Below are positions 44,690-52,451 of a stretch of DNA of 64,000 nt, piece by piece; position 1 is the first letter of the stretch; the number at the start of each line of letters is the position of its first letter. This stretch comes from an uncultured Chloroflexota bacterium. GTDB lineage: Bacteria > Chloroflexota > Anaerolineae > Promineifilales > Promineifilaceae. The stretch lies in the NCBI GenBank assembly GCA_900696625.1, contig CAADGU010000415.1, positions 3,875 to 67,874 of the forward strand, read 5' to 3'. Below the pieces are notes generated by a model that was not told the DNA's origin, did not search any database, and was given only the letters and a program-made list of their open reading frames with translations. Made by a program: the position numbers and the translations under genes.

Positions 44690-44989
44690 ATGAGAATTCA
44701 ACCACCCGTATTTGCTTCCAAAAAAGCGAGCATGGCCGCGTTTGGCGCGGCCGTTATCACCTTTGTGATGACCGTCCTGCCCATCCTGATGCCCACAGTG
44801 CCGGATGAGGTATGGAAGAGTCTGGCTAATCTATTGGCGCAGTTGTTCAGCCTGTACCTGATCGGGCAAAGCAGCGTGGATGTGGTGGAGAGCTTTCGGG
44901 GCGGGCGCGTGACGCTGGATGCCTCAAAAATCGCCCTAGAGACGGCCGGAGCGCAAAATGAATCAGACAGTGCAAATCCTGCGCCTTAA
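44690..44989 (+). CDS. putative holin (two TM segments)
   Basis: ATG 44690 follows aaggag. 'MAAFGAAVITFVMTVLPILM' and 'LANLLAQLFSLYLIG' are hydrophobic segments. Confidence 0.4.
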   Translation: MRIQPPVFASKKASMAAFGAAVITFVMTVLPILMPTVPDEVWKSLANLLAQLFSLYLIGQSSVDVVESFRGGRVTLDASKIALETAGAQNESDSANPAP

Positions 44990-45239
44990 GCACCAGGGCG
45001 AGAAATTCGGGTCGATACAAACCGTTTTGGCCGTTGGCCGGGCTGCCCGCGACACGGCCGGGCTGTCGGCAGACGAACTGGCGCAGCTGGCGGCCGATGT
45101 CTGGACGTTACCCCAGCCGCAAATGCGGCCGGGTGAGGGTGCGAATCTGCTGCGACTACTTTTGAAGTTGGGCAATGAGCAATTTGGGCGGCCGTTTGTG
45201 GGGGCAGTGGCCCGCAAGCTGGCTCCAAGGAAAGAGTGA
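44958..45239 (+). CDS. hypothetical protein
   Basis: 93-aa ORF overlapping the previous gene by 32 nt. Confidence 0.4.
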   Translation: MNQTVQILRLKHQGEKFGSIQTVLAVGRAARDTAGLSADELAQLAADVWTLPQPQMRPGEGANLLRLLLKLGNEQFGRPFVGAVARKLAPRKE

Positions 45240-45242
45240 TAG

Positions 45243-45467
45243 ATGAGCGAAACCATTATTGTGTTGGACGATATGGGACGGCTACAACTGGCCGATGCGG
45301 TAATCGCCTATCTGGAAACCTGCGAGGATCCACGTGCGCCAGAGGCACTGGCCCACTACCGCGCTCAACGAGAAGAGTTAGCTGTCCGGATGCGGGCGGC
45401 CAACGAAGGCAAACAAACAGTTATTGAATGTCAGCCAGGCCGGATGGGTGTGGCTGAAGGAAGGTGA
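45243..45467 (+). CDS. hypothetical protein
   Basis: 74 aa. Confidence 0.45.
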   Translation: MSETIIVLDDMGRLQLADAVIAYLETCEDPRAPEALAHYRAQREELAVRMRAANEGKQTVIECQPGRMGVAEGR

Positions 45468-45470
45468 AAG

Positions 45471-45914
45471 ATGGCTCAGGGGGATATTACAGTTTACAAC
45501 GACTTTAAGGAGCAAATCCTGAAGAAGGTGCATGACCTGGTGAATGACACCATCAAGGTCACGCTGCACACGGGTTACACGCCCAACATTGACAGCCACC
45601 AGGTGTGGGCAGATGTGAGCAGCACAGAGTATGGCAGCGGCAGTGGCTACACGGCCGGTGGTCAGGCGTTGGCCGGCAAGTCGGTGGCCCAGGACAACAC
45701 CAATGACCGGGCCTCGTTTGACGCCAACGACCTCACCTGGCCCTCTCTGGGGCCACTGTCACCGGCCACACCATCACACGCCGTTGTGTGGAACGATACA
45801 CCCGCATCACCGGCCGACCCGCTCATCTGCTACCTTGAGCTGGGCAGCACAGCCACAAACGGCGGCGACTATACGCTGCAATGGCACGCCAACGGCATCT
45901 TGCTGGTGAACTAG
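45471..45914 (+). CDS. hypothetical protein
   Basis: 147 aa. SD ggaaggtg upstream. Confidence 0.5.
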   Translation: MAQGDITVYNDFKEQILKKVHDLVNDTIKVTLHTGYTPNIDSHQVWADVSSTEYGSGSGYTAGGQALAGKSVAQDNTNDRASFDANDLTWPSLGPLSPATPSHAVVWNDTPASPADPLICYLELGSTATNGGDYTLQWHANGILLVN

Positions 45915-45928
45915 GGAGAAAAATCATC

Positions 45929-46396
45929 ATGCGCCAATTTACACGTATTTTGGCGGTGGCCATCTGTCTGGGGCTGGTACTCCTTTGCGTTTTGTGCCTG
46001 GCCGGGCGGCCGCAGCCCGCGCCAGCACCTACACCCACATCCACCATGCCGATGACGGCCGCGCCCACGCTAACGGCTACACCTACGGCCGAGTCTCGCA
46101 CACCAACACCTTCAGCAACGGCCGTATTACCCACAACCACAATAACGGCCGTGCCCACCATGGCCCCATCAGCAACATTGACACCTACGGCCTCACCGAC
46201 CGCGATACCGTACCCCTGCCCCACGTCACACACGGTGCAGCGCGGCCAGCACCTGTGGCTGATCGCCGAGATGTACTATGGCAACGGCCGTCACAATTTG
46301 CGCATTTGCGCCGCCAATCGGCCGTTGATCCGCGACTGCAACCTGATCTTCACCGGTTGGGTATTGGCGCTGCCAGAGGTGTGTACAAATGAATGA
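45929..46396 (+). CDS. signal-anchored PT-rich protein with C-terminal LysM peptidoglycan-binding domain
   Basis: 'HTVQRGQHLWLIAEMYYGNG..ANRPLIRDCNLIFTGWVLALP' is a LysM pattern. N-terminal TM segment 'ILAVAICLGLVLLCVLCLA'. No catalytic domain seen. Confidence 0.65.
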   Translation: MRQFTRILAVAICLGLVLLCVLCLAGRPQPAPAPTPTSTMPMTAAPTLTATPTAESRTPTPSATAVLPTTTITAVPTMAPSATLTPTASPTAIPYPCPTSHTVQRGQHLWLIAEMYYGNGRHNLRICAANRPLIRDCNLIFTGWVLALPEVCTNE

Positions 46397-46718
46397 ACTG
46401 TTTTTGGGGGAAACGGTGCAGGCGCCGGGTGATAATGTGCGGGTAGCGTATCCGGTTGATCTATCCCGGCTGGCTGAAGATGCGGCGGTCACGGCCGTGA
46501 CTGTGAAGGATGTGACACGGCCGTCGGCCATCGAGGACGTGAGCGGCCAAACCATCACCGGCAGCGCCCAGGGTGCGGGGGCGACGTACCAGACGCCGCT
46601 GATCTACAACCTGTCCCTGGGGCATACCTACCACGTGGTTTTGCTGACCTCGGCCGGCGGCAACACGCCGGCCGTGTACTTTCGGATCAAGTGTGTGCGG
46701 GAAGGGACGGCCGTGTGA
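46389..46718 (+). CDS. hypothetical protein (last rightward gene)
   Basis: 109 aa, overlapping the previous stop. Confidence 0.5.
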   Translation: MNELFLGETVQAPGDNVRVAYPVDLSRLAEDAAVTAVTVKDVTRPSAIEDVSGQTITGSAQGAGATYQTPLIYNLSLGHTYHVVLLTSAGGNTPAVYFRIKCVREGTAV

Positions 46719-46790
46719 CCCCCTTCCCCAACGGCCGTGCCCCTCGTGATTGGTGACAGCGAGCGGGCACGGCCGTGCCCATATCGGCCG

Positions 46791-47360
46791 TTATTTGTCA
46801 CCAATTTGGCGGCCGTTCATCACGGCTTTATAGCCAATGTCGAACGCCATCAGCAGCTTGTTCTGCCCCACCCTCCGCATATCGTCACCGATCAGGGTCC
46901 AGTTCATATCCCCGGCCACCATAGCCCCCTGCTCGCTGCGACTAATGTTAATCCTGGCCGCGTTCTGACGGCCGTCTGTGGTCAGGCCGGTCACCGAAAC
47001 GATCTCTTGCCGGTCTGGGTGTTCGGAATAGTCACCAATTACCTTTTCCTGGCTGATCACCATCCAGGCCTCGAAGATGCCGAACACGGCCGCCAGCCGT
47101 TCACCATCGGCCAGCCTGGCGGCAAAATCCGCGCCCAGATCGAATAGGAGTCCGTATTTGTTTTGGGCATTGAAGTCCATAGCCAGCGCTATCAACGTCG
47201 CTTGCGGCCGGTTTTGCTCATCCAGGGTAACGGCCACCAGGTGAGGCATTAGCTCCTCGCAGTCACCAGGTTCCAGCCAGGCAAGCGCAAAGCTGACAGC
47301 CTGCTCCAGTTGTTTGTTGAAATCCTGATCCGTAAAGAAAATCGGGGTTGTTGTGTCCAC
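46791..47360 (-). CDS. hypothetical protein (last gene of the leftward operon)
   Basis: 189 aa. GTG start preceded by aggaga. Confidence 0.55.
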   Translation of the reverse strand: MDTTTPIFFTDQDFNKQLEQAVSFALAWLEPGDCEELMPHLVAVTLDEQNRPQATLIALAMDFNAQNKYGLLFDLGADFAARLADGERLAAVFGIFEAWMVISQEKVIGDYSEHPDRQEIVSVTGLTTDGRQNAARINISRSEQGAMVAGDMNWTLIGDDMRRVGQNKLLMAFDIGYKAVMNGRQIGDK

Positions 47361-47455
47361 ATTTATCTCCTGAGAACTGTACGTCTCTTGTTCTTTGTGT
47401 TGGCCGTAAAAATTGCGGGGGCGGGTGTGCGGTTAACGGCCGTCAGCGACGGCCG

Positions 47456-47941
47456 TCAGTCGTAGCTCAGATCATACACCAGGCAAACACCCTCATAGAC
47501 CTCGCCGGGGTGCAGCTGGCGGTGAAGGATTGACCTCCCCTTCAGGAAGGCGATTTTGGCAGGCCCCTCAACCCTTTGCGGTTGGGAGGTCTTCAGGCGG
47601 CGATTTAATTCCTTCATGGCCACATCGGCCGTGACCCGCGGGTACGTCTTCGGTTCGTAGGGACTGCCCAGGTAACGCCCGGTGATGATACAGCTCAGCG
47701 TGGGCACATCCAGCGTTTTGGCCTGCTCACGGCCGATGGCTGCCAGAGCCTCTTTCTCGCGCCGGCAATACTCCTGGTAACACCGCTCCAGCGCCTGGCT
47801 CAGCGGGTAAGTCCACTCTTTCTCTGGGAAATACTCGCGCCCCTGCCAGCGATAGCCAATCCTGAATCTGCCCTGGGCATGGATTTCTATAAGCAGCACC
47901 GTGTCCGGAGCGAATTGCCCGAACATTTCTTGCGTGTTCAC
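47456..47941 (-). CDS. hypothetical protein
   Basis: GTG 47941 lies 7 nt after aggaga and overlaps the upstream stop (GTGA). The ORF also has in-frame ATGs at 47962 and 47926. Confidence 0.5.
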   Translation of the reverse strand: MNTQEMFGQFAPDTVLLIEIHAQGRFRIGYRWQGREYFPEKEWTYPLSQALERCYQEYCRREKEALAAIGREQAKTLDVPTLSCIITGRYLGSPYEPKTYPRVTADVAMKELNRRLKTSQPQRVEGPAKIAFLKGRSILHRQLHPGEVYEGVCLVYDLSYD

Positions 47942-48174
47942 GGCCGTTTCTCCTTGCCCCATATCTCGCGGCGATGCTGCTGTAACTGCCAAATGATTTC
48001 GTCCAACGTGCCTGGCCCCTTGAACCTGAGGACAAAGGTCACGTGCGCAGGCGACGCCGAGAGCATTACATGAAGCTGACTCGGTTTCTCTTCGTCCTCG
48101 GCCGTCCACTGCCAAAACTCAATGGCGTCTAAGTTGATGGGCACAATGTATTGATTAAACTGCGGTTCGTTCAT
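47938..48174 (-). CDS. hypothetical small protein
   Basis: 78 aa. SD ggagag upstream. Confidence 0.55.
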   Translation of the reverse strand: MNEPQFNQYIVPINLDAIEFWQWTAEDEEKPSQLHVMLSASPAHVTFVLRFKGPGTLDEIIWQLQQHRREIWGKEKRP

Positions 48175-48182
48175 TATCTCTC

Positions 48183-48653
48183 CTACAACAGATTGGGCTG
48201 GCTCATCGTGGGCGCCGGATGGACAAACGCCAGGTCATGCGCCGCCAGTTGGTCTACGGCCGCCAGCCAACTGCGGGCAACATGGTACTGGAGCGGCTCT
48301 AACGCAAACAGGTGCGCCATGCTGACACTCTGCCACCGGTACACGGCACACAGACGGCCGCTCACTGTTGACCGGTACCCATCCCTGGTGGGATACACCG
48401 TGACGACGTGGCCGCCACCACGACTGGCGTTGCGCAGCGCCAGCAGTAGTGAAGCCAGCGCCCGCTCTTCCTGTGGCCGGGTTGGTTCCCTGCCGTCGCT
48501 GCGGCCGACCAACAAAACGTGATCGGCGTCGTTGTGGGGCGCGGGCGTGTAGTGCAGCGCCAGGCCATCGGCCGTTGCCTGCCCACCCTGCTTGATCAGC
48601 AGTTCACCAATGGCCGTGCTGATGACCTTGTTTGGTTTGGGACTGGCTGCCAT
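48183..48653 (-). CDS. hypothetical protein
   Basis: 156 aa. SD ggggagggg upstream. Confidence 0.55.
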   Translation of the reverse strand: MAASPKPNKVISTAIGELLIKQGGQATADGLALHYTPAPHNDADHVLLVGRSDGREPTRPQEERALASLLLALRNASRGGGHVVTVYPTRDGYRSTVSGRLCAVYRWQSVSMAHLFALEPLQYHVARSWLAAVDQLAAHDLAFVHPAPTMSQPNLL

Positions 48654-48665
48654 TTCACCCCTCCC

Positions 48666-49097
48666 CTACCAGTACTCGATGCCGGGTTCACGGCCGTCAC
48701 CGGTGGGAAAACGCACCAACATAATCGTCTCATGCGGTGGCTCTATCAAGAGGCGCTCCTGTGAAGCGTCCCACAGCCCTATCTCAGCAAACGCCCATCG
48801 CAGTTCGGCATAGCCCGCCCCACGCAACTGCCAGATACCTTCAGCCCCGGCCGCGTCCAACAAATCGGCTGCCCGGTCTACCAGCCAGCGCCGCGCCAGT
48901 TGCCTGGCCTCTTCCAGTGTATCGGCGTGACCGATGGTTTCTTCGTTGCCGTCGTTTTGTTCTACGAAGAATTTGCCATTCTCCAGGTACAGAATGTCAA
49001 TGGCGAACAATCCAGCTTCTAGCCGGTCGTACTCAAGCGATTCACTGTCGTCTGGGTCGTCTTCAAACGGTTCTAAAACAACGTGTTGCCACTCCAT
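48666..49097 (-). CDS. hypothetical strongly acidic protein
   Basis: 143 aa. By my count about 33 D/E versus about 11 K/R. SD aaggag. Confidence 0.55.
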   Translation of the reverse strand: MEWQHVVLEPFEDDPDDSESLEYDRLEAGLFAIDILYLENGKFFVEQNDGNEETIGHADTLEEARQLARRWLVDRAADLLDAAGAEGIWQLRGAGYAELRWAFAEIGLWDASQERLLIEPPHETIMLVRFPTGDGREPGIEYW

Positions 49098-49133
49098 GGT
49101 TATTCTCCTTACGGCCCAACGGCCGTGTAACGT

Positions 49134-49481
49134 CTAAATAGCCAGCCTCAATTGGCCGCTATCCCACTCTGGTACATACTCCGGCTCTAGCTCCAATTCG
49201 AGTTCCTCAAAGTGGTTCGGGGATAGTTGGAAACAAACGTCCTTCACGCCGGTCAATCCAGTAAACACCATGAACTCTGGCTGGTTGGTCAGCCGTTGAT
49301 TGATGGCTTCCCTGGTGAAGCGGCTGGCGCGAGATTTGGGCACCGCCAGCCAGCGCTCCGGATAACAAAACTCCTCGGTCTCGCACCAAAACTGAACCTG
49401 TAAATAACTTTCCCTGTCATCAAATGGGTAATGACCTTTGATGACCAGGGCATAACAGGGGTTGTCATTGTCGTTCATCAT
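49134..49481 (-). CDS. hypothetical acidic protein
   Basis: ATG 49481 overlaps the stop of the upstream small ORF (TGATG). 'MMNDNDNPCYALVIKGHYPFDD..'. Confidence 0.55.
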   Translation of the reverse strand: MMNDNDNPCYALVIKGHYPFDDRESYLQVQFWCETEEFCYPERWLAVPKSRASRFTREAINQRLTNQPEFMVFTGLTGVKDVCFQLSPNHFEELELELEPEYVPEWDSGQLRLAI

Positions 49482-49621
49482 CACCCCCACGGTTTTTCTC
49501 TTTTGGCTTCACCGCCCTCGCTGGTTAGCCAATCGCCGATAGCGCGCCGCAGCGATTTGTTGCTGATGGCCGCTAAAAAAACCAGGGCGGACAGCCCACA
49601 CAATAAAAATATAGCATTCAC
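49481..49621 (-). CDS. possible 46-aa single-TM peptide (VNAIFLLCGLSALVFLAAISNKSLRRAIGDWLTSEGGEAKREKPWG)
   Basis: Translated by hand. GTG start. The stop is coupled to the next gene. Below the 60-aa ORF-track cut-off. Confidence 0.3.
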   Translation of the reverse strand: MNAIFLLCGLSALVFLAAISNKSLRRAIGDWLTSEGGEAKREKPWG

Positions 49622-49678
49622 TCGATCACCTTTCCTTTCGGCCGTTGCCCCGCCAGGAGCAACGGCCGTCTCTCATGG

Positions 49679-49789
49679 CTATCGCGCGAAAAGCGCGAAT
49701 AAGCCGACAATAACAGCAATCCAAACGAGGGCGAAGGCACAACCAACGTTGAACGCTTCGCCGGGTGTCAGTTCTGGGCCATGTGGCAT
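49679..49789 (-). CDS. possible 36-aa hydrophobic peptide (MPHGPELTPGEAFNVGCAFALVWIAVIVGLFALFAR)
   Basis: Translated by hand. Strong SD taaggagg lies 5 nt upstream of the ATG (it contains the stop of the upstream gene). A hairpin cggccgttgc/gcaacggccg follows at 49640-49668. Confidence 0.4.
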   Translation of the reverse strand: MPHGPELTPGEAFNVGCAFALVWIAVIVGLFALFAR

Positions 49790-49799
49790 GATCGCCTCC

Positions 49800-50258
49800 T
49801 TACAGGTTGATTGATCCCAACCAATCCACGATCCCGGCACGTGTCCAGTGATTCACGTCTACCAGGTGCGTCATTTCGGTGGCAACGTCCTGATGTCGGC
49901 CTGTTGGTCCAAAAACCTTGACTGCGCCAATGTTGTAGCCAACCAACTGGCTCAGCCGCCAGACTGCCATGCTGTAGGAGAAATCCGGCCGTTGGATGGT
50001 TTCCGCGCCAAACGCGCCGGCATAGGCAGCAGCGACCGCGCACGTGTGCCAGACCGTGCGGCGTTCATAATGGTAGTAACCGGTGGTCACGGCCGTTACA
50101 AACGATTGCCGCCGCGCCAACGGGTGCAGCGCCCGCCCCGCTTCCAGAAAGTGGGAGAGGCGCGGCCGGGCTAGTTTGGGATTCGGCCGTAGTAGGCAGG
50201 GTGTCAAGACGATATGTTGCGCCTGGGTAAATTGGGTCGTTTGGGTCAACATGATCAT
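49800..50258 (-). CDS. hypothetical protein
   Basis: 152 aa. ATGA overlap with the upstream gene. Confidence 0.55.
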   Translation of the reverse strand: MIMLTQTTQFTQAQHIVLTPCLLRPNPKLARPRLSHFLEAGRALHPLARRQSFVTAVTTGYYHYERRTVWHTCAVAAAYAGAFGAETIQRPDFSYSMAVWRLSQLVGYNIGAVKVFGPTGRHQDVATEMTHLVDVNHWTRAGIVDWLGSINL

Positions 50259-50641
50259 TTACCCCCCTGCTCTGCTGCGATCCGGATGAGATCGGCGCGG
50301 ATGGTCTGACAGATGGCCGTTAGCGGTTGATTCATTTGGATAGCGTTTATGCAAGGTGCAGCAGCTTCTCCATAAATCAAAAATACATCTTGCAAACTGT
50401 GGGCCTGGGCTGGTGTTGGCACGGCCGTCCACGTGGCCGGTGGTGAGATGATTACCAAATCAGGCACGGCCGTGTTCACAGGCGCCAGTTGAGTGGGCAC
50501 TGCCGTAAGGGGTACGGCACCTGCTGGCACGGCCGTCGCCTGCCCTCCCCCACCAGGCTGAGGCCGCCAGCCCACTTTATCGGCAACCAGCAGGGCAATG
50601 ATCAGCAAAAAAAACACAATCAAAGGGTCACTCCTTTTCAT
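50255..50641 (-). CDS. signal-anchored hypothetical protein
   Basis: ATG 50641 (MKRSDPLIVFFLLIIALLVADK..) overlaps the stop of the upstream small ORF (ATGA). Confidence 0.55.
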   Translation of the reverse strand: MKRSDPLIVFFLLIIALLVADKVGWRPQPGGGGQATAVPAGAVPLTAVPTQLAPVNTAVPDLVIISPPATWTAVPTPAQAHSLQDVFLIYGEAAAPCINAIQMNQPLTAICQTIRADLIRIAAEQGGK

Positions 50642-50754
50642 CGCACACGCTCCCATCGGGCACGGCCGTCGTCCCAAATCAGGCCGTATCCGGTCAGCCG
50701 CTCAACGGCGGCAAGAATCCAATCGGTCAATCGTAAATCCATAATGGTGTTCAT
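50638..50754 (-). CDS. possible 38-aa peptide (MNTIMDLRLTDWILAAVERLTGYGLIWDDGRARWERVR)
   Basis: Translated by hand. SD aaggag lies 6 nt upstream. The stop is coupled to the next gene. Confidence 0.4.
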   Translation of the reverse strand: MNTIMDLRLTDWILAAVERLTGYGLIWDDGRARWERVR

Positions 50755-50803
50755 GGTTTGCTCCTTGACCTGACAGGTTAGGGAAACCTGTCAGGTCTAA
50801 ACA

Positions 50804-51088
50804 TTAAAACTCTGTATACCCTTCTTCCCACGGTGCCACCGGCGGCGCGGCGGGAAATTTACCCGTGTCCGGGTAGCCGGTTGCTTTCCAATAGACGTGG
50901 GCGCCCATGCTGGCCAGGTAATGCCGGGCTTCGGCCGGTGAACGGAAGCGGGCGGCAAACGCCTGCCAGCCCTTCGAGCCAATGGCGCTGTAATGGGATG
51001 AGCCGTGTTTGCGGTATGTGGCCCGGCCGCCAGCGACCGCGATGCGCCGGCAATGCTCAGCCCGGTCAAATGGTTTCTTTTCGCTCAT
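50804..51088 (-). CDS. hypothetical protein (weak resemblance to KGG stress-repeat proteins)
   Basis: 94 aa. SD aggagg. 'GGRATYRKHGSSHYSAIGSKG' is reminiscent of KGG-repeat motifs. Low certainty on function. Confidence 0.5.
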   Translation of the reverse strand: MSEKKPFDRAEHCRRIAVAGGRATYRKHGSSHYSAIGSKGWQAFAARFRSPAEARHYLASMGAHVYWKATGYPDTGKFPAAPPVAPWEEGYTEF

Positions 51089-51091
51089 GAT

Positions 51092-51886
51092 CTACCTCCT
51101 GGCGCCGTTCTGCGCGGCCTTTTCGGTGGTAACTAGCGCGGTTAGTTGGCGGGCATTTCGCAGCCAGCGCCGGGCAGTTGAATCGCTGACGCTGTATTTC
51201 CTGGCTATTTCCCCAGTGGTGAGGTCGAGCATTCGCACTTTTTCAGCATGGGCAAGTAACCGCCAATCCGACGGCGTTGTGACCGCTTTTTGCCCACCTT
51301 CTGGCTGCCGCTTCGCGGCCGCCTGCGCCTTGAGTTGGCGCGCCAACTCGCGGTCTTTCTCGGCCTGTTCGCGCTCCCAGACAGCCCGATCGCGTTCCTG
51401 CTCTTGGCGCGCCTGCTCAGCCTGGCGCGCCTGGGACTGGCGTATGCCATCGTCGTCTACCAGGCCTAGGAGCAGGTACACCGCGCCGGCAATCAGGAAC
51501 ATGACGGTGCCGGTGATTTTGGCGTCCCGGCTGGTGGATTCCAGCAGCCAGATACCGGCGATGCCCACAACCAGGTAGAAAACGGCTATACCGCCGGCAA
51601 CAAGCGCCTTACCCCGCTCGCCACTGCTTTGCAGGCGGACGGCGATGTGTGCAGAGAGGATGCCGACGGATTCCAGGCCGGCGGCGGCGACCAGGCCAAC
51701 GATCAGGCCAACGGCCGTACTGCTGGCCATGGCCAGCACGGCCACATAGACGGCGTGGCCGAAGAAGAAGGCAGGCGCGGCCGGGACGCTGAATGGTGCC
51801 AGGCGGCGAATGAAAGAGAGTGCGATGTTGCCGCCGGTCTCGAAGAGCGCATCAAAGAATGTTTCGATTTTTTTTAGGCGTGTCAT
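51092..51886 (-). CDS. polytopic membrane protein with coiled coil and C-terminal HTH-like tail
   Basis: ATG 51886 follows aaggag. About 4 TM segments, then 'QARQAEQARQEQERDRAVWEREQAEKDRELARQL', then 'TTGEIARKYSVSDSTARRWLRNA'. Confidence 0.55.
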   Translation of the reverse strand: MTRLKKIETFFDALFETGGNIALSFIRRLAPFSVPAAPAFFFGHAVYVAVLAMASSTAVGLIVGLVAAAGLESVGILSAHIAVRLQSSGERGKALVAGGIAVFYLVVGIAGIWLLESTSRDAKITGTVMFLIAGAVYLLLGLVDDDGIRQSQARQAEQARQEQERDRAVWEREQAEKDRELARQLKAQAAAKRQPEGGQKAVTTPSDWRLLAHAEKVRMLDLTTGEIARKYSVSDSTARRWLRNARQLTALVTTEKAAQNGARR

Positions 51887-51897
51887 GGATAGCTCCT

Positions 51898-52128
51898 TCA
51901 CCGCAGAAAGATAATAAAGCAGGCTAACGCCGCAAAAAACGTGAACAGGAAAACCAGGCCATAGAACGCCACATTCAGGCGTTCGGCGCGGCGGCGGGCG
52001 GCCACTTTTCTCCTGAACGCTTCCCTCATCGCGGCCTTTTCCGCCTCCCAGGCTGCCAGATCGTCCGACAGTTCCGGTTCGTGCCCGATGCGCTCGTATT
52101 TCAACTCATCTGTCCAGGGTGACATCAT
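51898..52128 (-). CDS. small membrane protein
   Basis: 76 aa. SD aaggagg. C-terminal TM segment 'VAFYGLVFLFTFFAALACFIIFL'. Confidence 0.55.
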   Translation of the reverse strand: MMSPWTDELKYERIGHEPELSDDLAAWEAEKAAMREAFRRKVAARRRAERLNVAFYGLVFLFTFFAALACFIIFLR

Positions 52129-52451
52129 GCGCCTCCTTTGCTGATGTAAAGCAGCGACCCGCCGACGAATGCGCCGGAGATGAGGATGAAGATGCCGACG
52201 GCGGCGGTTGTCGCGCCGGAGAATCGCGCCGGGGGGTCTGGTGTGGGGGGCTGGATGGCGGCCGTTACCTGGTTATTACGGCCGTTAATGGCAATGGCGA
52301 CACCGCCGTCGCCGCGCACCTCGGCGCTCGTTTCTGGCGAGAAGAGGCGCGTGTCCAGCGTGATGTCGCGGGGGATGACCATGGCCATCAACACGGCGCC
52401 TACAACCAGGCCGAAGATCAGGGTGGAAAAAGAAAAGGTAGATTGTTTCAT
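52125..52451 (-). CDS. small membrane protein
   Basis: ATG 52451 follows gaggaa and overlaps the upstream stop (ATGA). It has an N-terminal and a C-terminal TM segment. Confidence 0.55.
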   Translation of the reverse strand: MKQSTFSFSTLIFGLVVGAVLMAMVIPRDITLDTRLFSPETSAEVRGDGGVAIAINGRNNQVTAAIQPPTPDPPARFSGATTAAVGIFILISGAFVGGSLLYISKGGA

